A stretch of 64,000 nt of DNA from the NCBI GenBank assembly GCA_965250285.1, contig OZ252299.1, positions 2,752,001-2,816,000 on the forward strand, given 5' to 3'. Both the position numbers and the translations under genes were made by a program. Below the pieces are notes generated by a model. The model made no database searches and was not told the DNA's origin. It saw nothing but the letters and a program-made list of their open reading frames with translations. Shown piece after piece: positions 1-10,204 of the stretch; within the stretch, counting starts at the first letter, position 1, and each line of letters starts with the position of its first letter. Origin of the DNA: Myxococcota bacterium. GTDB taxonomy: Bacteria; Myxococcota_A; UBA9160; UBA4427.

Positions 1-19
1 TCTCGAGCCCACCGAGTGG

Positions 20-1507
20 GTGCGCAGCGCGCCGAACGTCGATCCGGTGATCCGAGGCGTCAGCTACGACTCACGCAAGGTCTCACCCGGCGACCTGTTC
101 GTCGCGCTCCGTGGCTCGACGGCCGACGGCCACGAGTACATCGATCGCGCCCTCGAGCAGGGCGCGGCCGCCGTGCTGGTCGAAGAGGCGCCGGCGGCGC
201 CGATCCTCGGCGCCTGCCCCGCCGTCGTCGTGCCCGACACACGCCAGGCATTGGCACCGATCTCGGCCCGCTTCTTCGGCGACCCCGCGAGCGAGCTCAC
301 GATGGTCGGCATCACCGGCACCAACGGCAAGACGAGCACGACCTACCTCGTCGAGTCGATCCTCGCCGCAGCCGACCATCGCGTCGGCTTGATCGGCACC
401 GTCGACATCCGCTACGCGGGCGAGCGCGTGCCCTCGGTGAATACGACGCCCGAGAGCCTCGACCTCCAGCGGACGCTGCGCAACATGCACACGGCCAACG
501 TCGAATCGGCGGTGATGGAGGTGTCGTCGCACGGGCTCGAGCTCGGCCGCGTGGCCGGCTGCCGATTTCGCGTTGCGGCCTTCACGAATCTGACCCAGGA
601 CCACCTCGACTTCCACGGCGACATGGACGCGTACTGCGCCTCGAAGGAGAAGCTGTTTCGCCAGCACGTCGTGCCCGGCGGGACGGCCGTGATCAACGTC
701 GACGATCCGTACGCCGGGCGGTTCATGGAAGCGGCGCGCGCCGCCGGCTCGCGGGTGATCCGGTGCAGTCGCGACGCCGCCACCGCGGCGGAGGTGAGGC
801 TGCTCTCGAGCGAGGTCGAGCTCACGGGCTCGCGCGCTCGCCTCGCCCTGCCGTCGGGCGAGCACACGTTCGAGCTTCCGCTGGTCGGTGACTTCAACCT
901 CGAGAACCTGATCGTGGCCTGCGGCGTGGCGGAGGCACTCGGGATCGAGCCGAGCGCCGTCGCCGCCGGCATCGCGGCCTGCCCCCAGGTGCCCGGCCGC
1001 ATGGAGGTGGTGCGCGTCGACAAGCCGGGCTCGCCGATCGTGATCGTCGACTACGCGCACACGCCCGACGCCGTCGACAAGCTGCTCGCGGCCGTGCGAC
1101 CGCTCTGCAACGGCCGCATGTTCACGGTCTTCGGCTGCGGCGGTGATCGAGACCGCGCGAAGCGCCCGCTCATGGCCGAAGCGGTGGCACGACACAGCGA
1201 CGTCGCGATCGCGACCAGCGACAACCCCCGCACCGAGGCGCCGGGGGCGATCCTCGAAGACGTGGTCGCCGGCCTTGCCTCGATGAACGAGGTCGGGCTG
1301 GGCCAGCTGGGCGCGGGCGACCGGGAGTACGCCGTCGTCGAGGACCGTCGCGCGGCCATCATCACCGCCGTGCACGCGGCACAGACCGAAGACACCGTCG
1401 TGATCGCCGGCAAGGGACACGAGGACTACCAGATCGTGGGCCGTGAGAAGCTGCCCTTCGACGACCGGGAAGAGGCGCGACGCGCGCTGGGGTTGCGCAC
1501 GTCGTGA
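20..1507 (+). CDS. murE: UDP-N-acetylmuramoyl-L-alanyl-D-glutamate--2,6-diaminopimelate ligase (probably 5'-truncated by window edge)
   Basis: YDSRKV, GTNGKTS P-loop, EVSSH, NLTQDHLDFH, DYAHTPD, SDNPR (meso-DAP-type motif), AGKGHE; frame is open back to position 2. Confidence 0.97.
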   Translation: MRSAPNVDPVIRGVSYDSRKVSPGDLFVALRGSTADGHEYIDRALEQGAAAVLVEEAPAAPILGACPAVVVPDTRQALAPISARFFGDPASELTMVGITGTNGKTSTTYLVESILAAADHRVGLIGTVDIRYAGERVPSVNTTPESLDLQRTLRNMHTANVESAVMEVSSHGLELGRVAGCRFRVAAFTNLTQDHLDFHGDMDAYCASKEKLFRQHVVPGGTAVINVDDPYAGRFMEAARAAGSRVIRCSRDAATAAEVRLLSSEVELTGSRARLALPSGEHTFELPLVGDFNLENLIVACGVAEALGIEPSAVAAGIAACPQVPGRMEVVRVDKPGSPIVIVDYAHTPDAVDKLLAAVRPLCNGRMFTVFGCGGDRDRAKRPLMAEAVARHSDVAIATSDNPRTEAPGAILEDVVAGLASMNEVGLGQLGAGDREYAVVEDRRAAIITAVHAAQTEDTVVIAGKGHEDYQIVGREKLPFDDREEARRALGLRTS

Positions 1508-1532
1508 TCGACGCACGCATGGAGAGAAGATC

Positions 1533-2945
1533 GTGAGCGAGCGCTTCGACGCACAGGACGTCGTCGCCTGGACCGACGCGAAGAGCGCGGGCGAGACGCA
1601 GGGGGTGCGCTTTCGCAGTGTCTCGATCGACACCCGCACCGTCGAAGCGGGCGCGCTCTTCGTCGCGATTCGCGGCGAGGTGCACGATGCACACGCCTTC
1701 GTCGAGCAGGCCCTCGACAAGGGCGCAGCCGGGGTGCTGGTCGAGCCGGGTCGCGTCGACGCCGAACTCGCGCGTCGAGCGCCGCTCTTCGAAACCCCCG
1801 ATACCATTGCCGCGCTCGGCCGCCTCGCCGCCGGCCATCGACGCCGCTTCGACGGCCCGCTCGTCGCCGTGACCGGCAGCAATGGCAAGACGACGACCAA
1901 GGAGCTGATCCACGCGGTGCTCTCGAGCCGCGGTGCATGCCTCAAGACCCGGGGCAATCTCAACAACGCGTTCGGCCTGCCGCTGACCCTGCTCGAGCGC
2001 GAAGAGGGCCAGTGGGCGGGCGTCGTCGAGATCGGCATGAACCATCGCCACGAGATCGCCCCCCTCGCCGCGATCGCGGCGCCCACCGTCGCGGTCATCA
2101 CGAACGTCGGCACCGCCCACATCGAGCACCTCGGCAGTCGCGAGGAGATCGCGGCCGAGAAGGGCGATCTGATGACCGGGCTCGACGCCGACGGCATCGC
2201 CGTGCTGAACGCCGACGATCATCACGTGATGTCGCAGGCGGGCCGCGCCCCTGGGCGCGTGCTGCGCTTCGGTCGAGACGCGGGGGCCGACGTATCGGCG
2301 CGAGACGTCCGCTTCGAGGCCGGCGGCGCCTTCGCCTTCGCGCTGCGCACGCCGCAGGGCGATGCCGACGTGCGCGTCACGGGTCTCTCCGAGACGACCG
2401 TGATCAACGCCCTTGCCGCCGCAGCGGCGGGGCTCGCTGCCGAGCTCTCACTCGACGAGGTGGTGCGCGGCCTCGGCGCGTTCGCCGGGGTCGCGGGACG
2501 CATGGCGCCGAAATCGGCGCCGGGCGGTGTGCATCTGATCGACGACACGTACAACGCGAATCCGCAGTCGGTGCGGGCCGCGCTCGAGAGCCTGGCGCAG
2601 CTGACGGCGGGCAGGGGGCGCGGCATCGCGGTGCTCGGGGGCATGGGCGAGCTCGGCGCGCAGTCCGACGCGCTGCACGCCGAGACCGGCCGGGCCGTCG
2701 CCGAGACCGGCACCCACGCGCTGGTCACGGTCGGCGAGCGCGCCGTGGCTCTGGCCGACGCTGCGACGGGTGCGGGGCTCGACGCGAGCCAGGTCGTACG
2801 CTGCGAGACCCATGACGAAGCCGCGGCCGCCGTACGCGGGCTGGCCGGGGCCGGCGATTGGGTGCTCGTGAAGGGCAGCCGCGCGATGCAGATGGAGCGC
2901 GTCGTGGATGCGCTCATGACGGGCGACGAAGGGGACGAAGCCTAG
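1533..2945 (+). CDS. murF: UDP-N-acetylmuramoyl-tripeptide--D-alanyl-D-alanine ligase
   Basis: SIDTR, GSNGKTTTKE, GNLNN, EIGMNH, DDTYNANP, KGSR motifs; GTG 1533 with GGAGAG upstream chosen over ORF start 1443. Confidence 0.96.
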   Translation: MSERFDAQDVVAWTDAKSAGETQGVRFRSVSIDTRTVEAGALFVAIRGEVHDAHAFVEQALDKGAAGVLVEPGRVDAELARRAPLFETPDTIAALGRLAAGHRRRFDGPLVAVTGSNGKTTTKELIHAVLSSRGACLKTRGNLNNAFGLPLTLLEREEGQWAGVVEIGMNHRHEIAPLAAIAAPTVAVITNVGTAHIEHLGSREEIAAEKGDLMTGLDADGIAVLNADDHHVMSQAGRAPGRVLRFGRDAGADVSARDVRFEAGGAFAFALRTPQGDADVRVTGLSETTVINALAAAAAGLAAELSLDEVVRGLGAFAGVAGRMAPKSAPGGVHLIDDTYNANPQSVRAALESLAQLTAGRGRGIAVLGGMGELGAQSDALHAETGRAVAETGTHALVTVGERAVALADAATGAGLDASQVVRCETHDEAAAAVRGLAGAGDWVLVKGSRAMQMERVVDALMTGDEGDEA

Positions 2946-2946
2946 A

Positions 2947-4020
2947 ATGCTCTACTGGCTGCTCTACTCGATGGTGGATCAGGTCAGCGGCTTCAACGTC
3001 GTTCGGTACATCACGTTCCGAACCGGCGCGGCCACGCTCACCGCCCTGTTCATCTCGTTCATGCTCGGCCCCTGGGTGATTCGCAAGCTGACCGCGCTGC
3101 GCGCGGGCCAGCCGATTCGCGAGATCGGCCCCGACCACCAGGCCAAGGCGGGGACGCCGACGATGGGCGGCCTGCTGATCCTGCTCTCGCTCGGCGTCTC
3201 GACGCTGCTCTGGGCCGACCTCTCGAACCGCTTCGTCTGGATCGTGCTGGGGCTCACCGCCGGCTACGGCGTGCTCGGCTTCGTCGACGACTATGCGAAG
3301 GTGCGGCAGCAGGACAGCGCCGGGATCAGCGCCCGCATGAAGCTCTTCTGGCAGATCGTGCTGGCCCTCGGCGTGGCGGTGGCGATCTACACAGCCCCGG
3401 GCTTCGACCAGGAGCTGTCGGTCCCCTTCTTCAAGGATTTCACGCCCAACATCGGCTGGCTCTACATCCCGCTCGCGACGTTCATCATCGTCGCCGCCAG
3501 CAACGGCGTGAACCTGACCGATGGCCTCGACGGCCTGGCGATCGGCCCGGTCATGATCACGGCGGGCACGTTTCTCTTTCTCGCCTACGCGGCCGGGCAC
3601 GCGACCATCGCGGACTACCTCGCCATCAAGCCGGTCCCTGGCGCGGGCCAGCTCGCCATCTTCTGCGGCGCGATGCTCGGCGGCGGCCTGGGCTTTCTCT
3701 GGTTCAACGCGTCACCGGCCGAGCTCTTCATGGGCGATGTCGGTGCGCTCGCGCTCGGAGGCGCACTCGGCGCGATCGCCGTCGTGATCCGGCAGGAGAT
3801 CCTCCTCGCCGTGGTCGGCGGGATCTTCGTCGTCGAGACGCTCTCCGTGATCATCCAGGTCGCTTCGTTCAAGCTGACCGGCAAGCGCGTGTTCCTCATG
3901 ACTCCGATCCATCACCACTTCGAACAGCTGGGATGGGCGGAGCAGAAGATCGTCGTTCGTTTCTGGATCGTGTCCGCGATCCTCGGCCTCGTGGCGCTCT
4001 CGTCACTGAAGCTGAGGTAG
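2947..4020 (+). CDS. mraY: phospho-N-acetylmuramoyl-pentapeptide transferase
   Basis: GTPTMGG, DDY, NGVNLTDGLDGLA, FMGDVGA, PIHHHFE; polytopic membrane protein. Confidence 0.98.
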   Translation: MLYWLLYSMVDQVSGFNVVRYITFRTGAATLTALFISFMLGPWVIRKLTALRAGQPIREIGPDHQAKAGTPTMGGLLILLSLGVSTLLWADLSNRFVWIVLGLTAGYGVLGFVDDYAKVRQQDSAGISARMKLFWQIVLALGVAVAIYTAPGFDQELSVPFFKDFTPNIGWLYIPLATFIIVAASNGVNLTDGLDGLAIGPVMITAGTFLFLAYAAGHATIADYLAIKPVPGAGQLAIFCGAMLGGGLGFLWFNASPAELFMGDVGALALGGALGAIAVVIRQEILLAVVGGIFVVETLSVIIQVASFKLTGKRVFLMTPIHHHFEQLGWAEQKIVVRFWIVSAILGLVALSSLKLR

Positions 4021-4058
4021 CGCGGCGCCTCCAGGATCGACCGGAGCAAGGCCGCGGG

Positions 4059-4139
4059 GCGGATGAACGCACCGCGGCGCGGTGCGCGGATGCGCACTGC
4101 ACAGCGTGGTGTACGGATGTGCACCCCGCGGTTCTCATG
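4059..4139. repeat. degenerate 27-bp tandem repeat (about 3 units) in the mraY-murD gap
   Basis: units GCGGATGAACGCACCGCGGCGCGGTGC / GCGGATGCGCACTGCACAGCGTGGTGT / ACGGATGTGCACCCCGCGGTTCTCATG start at 4059, 4086, 4113. Confidence 0.5.
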
Positions 4140-4212
4140 CGCGGAGCGCATGGGATGTTGGGTGGCCGGGCGCATCCGGATGGGTGCGTTGCGGAAGGGA
4201 GACCGGGCCGTC

Positions 4213-5571
4213 GTGACGGACTGGACCGACAAGCGGGTGCTCGTGCTCGGCCTCGGCGAGAGCGGGCGAAGCGTCGCGCGCTTCCTGGCGGAGCGCGGCG
4301 CGCAGGTGGTGGCGGCCGACGAGCGGCCGAGCGAAGCGCTCGGCGACCTCGCGTCGCTGCCCGCGTCGGTCGAGCTGCAGCCGGGCCACACGCTCCCGAG
4401 CCCGACCGAGATGGACGCATTCGACCTGGTGGTGCCGAGTCCCGGCATCCCCGTAGACAGATGGAACGACACCCACGCGAGCGTGGCTGGCGACATCGAG
4501 CTCGCGGGCCGGCACCTCCAGGTCCCCATCACCGCCGTCACCGGCACCAACGGCAAGTCGACGACCGTGGCGCTGCTCGAGGCCCTGCTGCGCGCGGCGG
4601 GCCTGCGCGCGACGGCCGGCGGCAACCTCGGGCTGCCCGCGCTCGAGCTCGTCGGCGAGCCGCTCGACGCGGTCGTTCTCGAGGTGTCGTCGTTCCAGCT
4701 CGAGAGCACGTCCACATTCGCGCCGCGGGTCGCAGCGGTGCTGAACGTGACCCCCGACCACCTCGATCGCCACGGCGATCTCGAGACCTATGCGACGACC
4801 AAGGCGAAGCTGATCGCGAGCCAGAGCGCGGACGACTTCGCGGTGCTCAACGTCGACGATCCGATCGTCGACGCCATGGCGGCCGATACGCGCGCGCAGG
4901 TCGTGCGGGTGAGCACCCGCGGCGCGCCGGCCGGTGGGCCGGGCCGACAGGCCTGGATCGACGGCGCCGTCGCGGTCTTCGCCGACGAGCAGGGTCTCAC
5001 CCGGGTGCCGCTCGACGGGCTGCGCCTCGCGGGCCGACACAACCTCGAGAACGTCGTGACCGCACTCGCGATGGCCTGGTGCCTCGGCGTCGACCTCGCG
5101 CGAGCGGCAACTGCCCTCGCCTCTTTCGGTGGCCTGCCCCATCGCTGCGAGGTGGTCGCACGGCACGACGCCGTGACCTGGGTCGACGATTCGAAGGCGA
5201 CCAACGTCGGGGCCGCCGGCCGCTCGCTGGCCGCGTTCGCAGAGCCCGTCGTCTGGATCGCCGGCGGTCGCGCCAAGGGCGCCGACCTCGCCGAGCTGGC
5301 GCCGGCGGCGAAGGCCCACGCCCGCACGGCCCTGCTGATCGGCGAAGCGGCGAGCGCGCTCGAAGTCGCCCTCGACGGCGTCGTCCCCTGCGAGTCGGTC
5401 GGCACGCTCGAGCGCGCCGTCGAACGCGCCGCCGTGCTCGCGAAGCCGGGCGACGTCGTCCTGCTGGCCCCGGCCTGCGCGAGCTTCGATCAGTTCGAGA
5501 GCTTCGAAGCGCGCGGCGACGCGTTTCGCCATCACGTCGAGCGCGTCACCGAAGGAGCCCGCGAGAGATGA
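4213..5571 (+). CDS. murD: UDP-N-acetylmuramoyl-L-alanine--D-glutamate ligase
   Basis: GLGESG, SPGIP, GTNGKSTT, EVSSFQLE, PDHLDRH, DDSKATN, LAPACASFDQF; GTG 4213 after GGAAGGGA. Confidence 0.96.
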   Translation: MTDWTDKRVLVLGLGESGRSVARFLAERGAQVVAADERPSEALGDLASLPASVELQPGHTLPSPTEMDAFDLVVPSPGIPVDRWNDTHASVAGDIELAGRHLQVPITAVTGTNGKSTTVALLEALLRAAGLRATAGGNLGLPALELVGEPLDAVVLEVSSFQLESTSTFAPRVAAVLNVTPDHLDRHGDLETYATTKAKLIASQSADDFAVLNVDDPIVDAMAADTRAQVVRVSTRGAPAGGPGRQAWIDGAVAVFADEQGLTRVPLDGLRLAGRHNLENVVTALAMAWCLGVDLARAATALASFGGLPHRCEVVARHDAVTWVDDSKATNVGAAGRSLAAFAEPVVWIAGGRAKGADLAELAPAAKAHARTALLIGEAASALEVALDGVVPCESVGTLERAVERAAVLAKPGDVVLLAPACASFDQFESFEARGDAFRHHVERVTEGARER

Positions 5572-6710
5572 GCCGAACGGCCCAGCACGACAGCCTGCCC
5601 AGTCCCGGCCACGACACCGGTGGCCTCGTGCTCGCCGCCTCGGTGCTCGCCGGCTTCGGTGTCGTGATGAGCTACAGCACGACGGCCACGATGCACCTCG
5701 ACTCGCCGATTCCGCCGCTGTTCCTCAAGCACGTCGGGGCGCTGGGACTCGGGGGACTCGCAGCCGCCGGGGCCGCCAGCGTGCCGCTGCCGGTCTGGCG
5801 CCGCTTCGCGCTGCCCTTCTGGATCGTCTGCGTCGGCTTCGTCGCGCTCACCCTGGCGGTCGGTGTGCAGGTGAATGGCGCAACGCGCTGGCTCGAGCTG
5901 CCCGGGCTCGGGCTGCGTTTTCAGCCCGTCGAGCCGCTCAAGTGCGCGACGGTCCTGCTCGTCGCATCGATCATCGCCCGCCGCGATGGCAAGGACGAGC
6001 TCTCGGTGCAGCGCATGTGCGCCGCCGGCGCGCTGACACTCGTGCCGATGGGGTTGCTCGTCGCGCAGCCCGACCTCGGCAACGCGGTGCTGATCGGGGT
6101 GATCGTCTTGCTGCTGCTGGTGGTCGCCGGCGTGCCGGTGTTGCGCCTCGTCGCGCCAGCGGTGGTCGGCGCGGTCTCGGTCGCGGTGTACGTCAGTCGA
6201 AACGAGTACGCGTGGCGACGCGTGACGGGCTTCCTCGACCCTTGGGCCAACCCGCTGGACGAGGGCTTCCAGCTCGTGCAGAGCTATGTGGCGTTCGGAC
6301 GCGGGGGCCTCTTCGGGGCCGGCCTCGGCAACTCGCATCAGAAGCTGGCCTACCTGCCCGAGGCGCACACCGACTTCATCCTCGCCCTCGTCGCTGAAGA
6401 GCTGGGCCTGGTCGGCGTTCTCGTCGTGCTCGGGGCATTCGCAGCGCTGCTGATCGGCGGCACGCGCGTCGCCAGTCGGGCAAGCGATCGCTTCACGCTG
6501 CTGCTCGCGTTCGGTCTGACGGCGCTCCTCACGGTCCCGGCGATCGTGAACGGCGCGGTGGTCATGGGCCTCGTGCCGACGAAGGGGCTCACGCTGCCCT
6601 TCCTCTCGTACGGCCGCACTTCGCTCATCACCAGCTGCTTCGCGCTCGGCCTGCTGATCTCGGCCGCGCGCCAGGCACCGCGCGAGACGAGGACCGTGAA
6701 ATGGCGCTGA
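5568..6710 (+). CDS. ftsW: SEDS family peptidoglycan glycosyltransferase FtsW
   Basis: C-terminal part of ORF 3933..6710: NGATRW, FQPVEPLK, QPDLG, YLPEAHTDFI, GLTLPFLSYG; ATGA overlap with murD stop. Confidence 0.95.
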   Translation: MSRTAQHDSLPSPGHDTGGLVLAASVLAGFGVVMSYSTTATMHLDSPIPPLFLKHVGALGLGGLAAAGAASVPLPVWRRFALPFWIVCVGFVALTLAVGVQVNGATRWLELPGLGLRFQPVEPLKCATVLLVASIIARRDGKDELSVQRMCAAGALTLVPMGLLVAQPDLGNAVLIGVIVLLLLVVAGVPVLRLVAPAVVGAVSVAVYVSRNEYAWRRVTGFLDPWANPLDEGFQLVQSYVAFGRGGLFGAGLGNSHQKLAYLPEAHTDFILALVAEELGLVGVLVVLGAFAALLIGGTRVASRASDRFTLLLAFGLTALLTVPAIVNGAVVMGLVPTKGLTLPFLSYGRTSLITSCFALGLLISAARQAPRETRTVKWR

Positions 6711-6774
6711 GCCGGGACCATCAAATCGAGGCGGCGCATGGCGCGGCGTCCGTGATCGGCAAGGAGTCGGCCCG

Positions 6775-7893
6775 ATGGCGCTGAGCTGGGTCATCGCAGG
6801 GGGCGGCACCGGCGGGCACGTCACGCCGGCGCTCGCGCTCGGCGAGGCCGCGCGGGCCGCAGGCGATCGCGTGGTCTTCATCGGCTCGGAGCGCGGCCTC
6901 GAGAGCCGACTCGTGCCCGAAGCAGGCTTCGAGCTCGTCGCCCTGCCCTCGCAGCAGGTGATGGGGCGTTCGCTGGTCGGTCGGCTGAAGGGCGTGTTCA
7001 ACATCCTCGGCCAGGTCGGCGCGGCGCGACGTGCACTGCGCGACGCCCGGGCCGACCTCGTCGTGTCGGTCGGCGGCTACGCCGCGATGCCGGCCGTGCT
7101 CGCCGCCGCGTGGACGCGCACGCCGCTCTTCCTGGTCGAGCCGAACGCCCTGCCCGGCCGGGTGAATCGTTTCTCGTCGCGCTTCGCCGCGCGCGTCTTC
7201 GTGGCCTTCGAAGAGGCGGCACGCCGGCTCTCGCGACGGCCCGACGACGAGCGGGTCGAGGTGTTGGGGATCCCCGTCCGCACGGGTCTGGTCGAGAAGT
7301 TCCAGGCGGTGCCACACCGCAAGCCCGACGTACCGCCGCTGCACCTGCTGATCTTCGGCGGCAGCCAGGGCGCCCGGCAGATCAACGAAGCGATCGTGCG
7401 ACTGCTGCCCGAACTCGCGTCGCTGCCCATCGAGATCTTCCATCAGGCCGGCGAGCTCGACTTCGACACCGTGAGTCAGGCCTACACCGACTTCGCGCGC
7501 CCGGCCGAAGTCGTGCGCTTCGAGCCCGACATGCCGAGCCGCTACGCCTGGGCCGACCTCGCCCTGTGCCGGGCCGGCGCCATGACGATCGCCGAGCTCG
7601 CGCTGGCCGCCCTGCCCTCGCTGCTCGTTCCGCTGCCGACGGCCGCCGACGATCACCAGAGCGCGAACGCGCAGGCGCTCGCAGGGACCGGCGCGGCCGT
7701 CGCCCTCGATCCCCGCCCGCTCGACGACGCGGCGTTGCTCGCCCAGTTGAAGGAGCTGTGCCACGACACCGAGCGCCTCGGCCGCATGAGCGAGGCCGCG
7801 CAGACGCAGGCGAACCCCGAGGCCGCGAGCGCGATCGTGGCGCGCTGCCGCGCCGTGCTCGGGCGAAGCACCCAGGGTCAGGAGGCGCAGTGA
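6775..7893 (+). CDS. murG: lipid II GlcNAc transferase MurG
   Basis: GGGTGGH, GGYAA, EPNALPG, GGSQGA, CRAGAMTIAEL, DHQSANA. Confidence 0.97.
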   Translation: MALSWVIAGGGTGGHVTPALALGEAARAAGDRVVFIGSERGLESRLVPEAGFELVALPSQQVMGRSLVGRLKGVFNILGQVGAARRALRDARADLVVSVGGYAAMPAVLAAAWTRTPLFLVEPNALPGRVNRFSSRFAARVFVAFEEAARRLSRRPDDERVEVLGIPVRTGLVEKFQAVPHRKPDVPPLHLLIFGGSQGARQINEAIVRLLPELASLPIEIFHQAGELDFDTVSQAYTDFARPAEVVRFEPDMPSRYAWADLALCRAGAMTIAELALAALPSLLVPLPTAADDHQSANAQALAGTGAAVALDPRPLDDAALLAQLKELCHDTERLGRMSEAAQTQANPEAASAIVARCRAVLGRSTQGQEAQ

Positions 7894-9278
7894 GACGCAT
7901 GACCTCGGCCCACTTCATCGGGATCGGCGGCGTCGGCATGGCCCCGCTCGCCGAGCTGATGCATCGACGCGGCCACACGGTCACGGGCTCCGACCTGAAG
8001 GCGGGCACGAACACGGCCCACCTGCAGGCGCTCGGCGTCGACGTGAAGATCGGCCACGACGCCGCCCACCTCGGCGCGCTCGGCAAGACCGACGTCGTCG
8101 TGCGCTCGTCGGCGATTCGCGACGACAACCCCGAGGTCGAGCGCGCACGGACGCTCGAGCTGCCGGTGGTGGGGCGCGGCGAGCTGCTGGCCGACCTGCT
8201 GGCGGGCCACGAGGCGATCGTCGTGGCGGGCACACACGGCAAGACGACGACGAGCTCGATGGTCGCCCACGTGCTCGGCGAGACGGGCCAGGATCCGACG
8301 GCGATCGTCGGCGGCCGGCTGGGCGCCAGCGAAAGCGGGCTGCGCTTCGGGCGTGACGATCTCTACGTGTGCGAGTGCGACGAGAGCGACGGTTCTTTTC
8401 TGCACTTGCGGCCGACCCTCGCCGTGCTGACCAATGTCGACCCCGAGCATCTCGACCACTACGGCTCGGTGGCCGCGCTCGAGGACGCATTCGTCCAGTT
8501 CACGGCCGGCATGCCCCTCGACGGCGTGTGCGTGGCGTGCGCCGATCACCCCCGCCTGACCGCCCTGCTCCCGCGCATCGAACGACGCCGCGTGACGTAC
8601 GGGCTCGACCGCCCCGCCGATCTCGAGGCGCACGGCCTGCGCGCCGACGGTCTGGGGATGCGCTTCTCGGTGCGCCGCGAGGGGCACGCGCTGGGCGACG
8701 TCTTCGTGCCGATGCCCGGGCGCCACAACGTCTCGAACGCGCTTGCGGCGCTGGCCATCGCCCTCGAGCGCGACGTCCCGTTCGGGCTCGCCGCCGGGGC
8801 GCTCGCGACCTACGGCGGCGTCGACCGACGCTTCTCGCTGCGCGGCGAGGCCGCCGGCGTGCAGGTGGTCGACGACTACGCGCATCATCCGGCCGAGCTC
8901 GAAGCGACCCTGGCGGCCGCCCGCGGCGTCCACCCCGGCCGCATCGTCGCCGTGTTCCAGCCGCACCGGTACACGCGCACCCGCGACGCCTTCGACGGGT
9001 TCGTCGCCGCCTTCGACGAAGCCGATCTGCTCGTCGTGACCGATATCTACGCCGCTGGCGATCCGCCGATCGACGGCATCAGCGGCGCTGCCCTCGCGCG
9101 CGAGATCGAAGCGCGCGACACCGTCGAGGTGCACCACGAATCGGGCCTCGACGACGTGCTTGCGTGGCTTCCGGCTCGACTGGTGCCCGGCGACCTCGTG
9201 CTCACACTCGGCGCGGGAGACGTCTCGGGGCTGGGGCCGAAGCTGATCGCCGCGCTGCGCGAAGGGGGGGCCGCGTGA
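7890..9278 (+). CDS. murC: UDP-N-acetylmuramate--L-alanine ligase
   Basis: HFIGIGGVGM, GTHGKTTTS, ECDESDGSF, DDYAHHP, FQPHRYTR, LGAGD; GTGA overlap with murG (ATG 7899 is an alternative). Confidence 0.96.
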   Translation: MRRMTSAHFIGIGGVGMAPLAELMHRRGHTVTGSDLKAGTNTAHLQALGVDVKIGHDAAHLGALGKTDVVVRSSAIRDDNPEVERARTLELPVVGRGELLADLLAGHEAIVVAGTHGKTTTSSMVAHVLGETGQDPTAIVGGRLGASESGLRFGRDDLYVCECDESDGSFLHLRPTLAVLTNVDPEHLDHYGSVAALEDAFVQFTAGMPLDGVCVACADHPRLTALLPRIERRRVTYGLDRPADLEAHGLRADGLGMRFSVRREGHALGDVFVPMPGRHNVSNALAALAIALERDVPFGLAAGALATYGGVDRRFSLRGEAAGVQVVDDYAHHPAELEATLAAARGVHPGRIVAVFQPHRYTRTRDAFDGFVAAFDEADLLVVTDIYAAGDPPIDGISGAALAREIEARDTVEVHHESGLDDVLAWLPARLVPGDLVLTLGAGDVSGLGPKLIAALREGGAA

Positions 9279-10204
9279 TCGCCGCGGACGTTCGCAAAGC
9301 GCTCGAAGCGCTGCACGGCGCCGACGCGCAGTTCGAGGCGCCGATGTCGCGCTGCACGTCGATGCGTGTGGGCGGCCCGGCCGACGCGCTCGTCCGCGTG
9401 CGCGACCGCGACCGCCTCGCGCAAACCCTCGCCCTCGCGCACCGCGAAGGCGTGCCGGTCTCGATCGTCGGCGGGGGCTTCAACCTCGTCGTGACAGACG
9501 CGGGCCTCGATGGCATCGCGCTTCAGCTCGGTGGGCTGCGACGACTCGAGGTCGACGACGACGGCGACGCCCCCGTGCTGCTCGCCGAAGCCGGTGTGCG
9601 CCACGCGAGCGTGACCCGCCTGTGCATCGAGCAGGGGCTCGGCGGCCTCGAGTTCGCCGCGGGCATCCCCGGCAGCGTCGGCGGCTGGCTCGCGATGAAC
9701 GCCGGCATCGGCGTGCGCGAAATGAAGGATGTGACGCTCGCGCTCGAGTGGATGAGCGGCGACGGCCAGACCGTCGAATGGACCCCGCGCGACGCCCTCG
9801 CCTTCGAGTACCGCGCGCTGCGCGGTCTGCCGGAAGGCGCGGTCATCCTGGCGGGGCGCTTCGCCGTCACCCCGACCGAGCCGGGCGCGGTCAAGCAGGC
9901 CGTCGACGAGCACATGGCCCACCGCACGCGCACCCAGCCCGTGACCTCTCCGTCGTGTGGCTCGGTCTTTCGCAACCCCGAAGGCGACTACGCCGGGCGC
10001 CTCATCGAGGCGTCGGGGCTGAAGGGCCTGCGCGTCGGCGGCGCCGAGGTCTCGACGACGCACGCCAACTTCATCGTCACCGAGCCGGGGACCCGCGCCG
10101 GGGACGTGACCGCGCTGATCGAGCAGATCCAGGCCCGGGTCGAGGCCGACTCGGGCGTACAGCTCCACCGTGAGGTCAAGGTGATCGGGAGGGGGGCATC
10201 ATGA
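9275..10204 (+). CDS. murB: UDP-N-acetylenolpyruvoylglucosamine reductase
   Basis: RVGGPAD, GGGFNLVV, GIPGSVGG..MNAG, PSCGSVFRNP, HANFIV; GTGA overlap with murC. Confidence 0.95.
   Translation: MIAADVRKALEALHGADAQFEAPMSRCTSMRVGGPADALVRVRDRDRLAQTLALAHREGVPVSIVGGGFNLVVTDAGLDGIALQLGGLRRLEVDDDGDAPVLLAEAGVRHASVTRLCIEQGLGGLEFAAGIPGSVGGWLAMNAGIGVREMKDVTLALEWMSGDGQTVEWTPRDALAFEYRALRGLPEGAVILAGRFAVTPTEPGAVKQAVDEHMAHRTRTQPVTSPSCGSVFRNPEGDYAGRLIEASGLKGLRVGGAEVSTTHANFIVTEPGTRAGDVTALIEQIQARVEADSGVQLHREVKVIGRGAS

Noticed and set aside
3933..5567. Extended N-terminus of ftsW in the ORF track (likewise murC from 7110, murB from 8369, LysR from 36712)
   Set aside because: Alternative-frame overlap with the neighbouring gene; ftsW, murC and murB have credible starts at stop/start overlaps, and the LysR HTH begins after 37510
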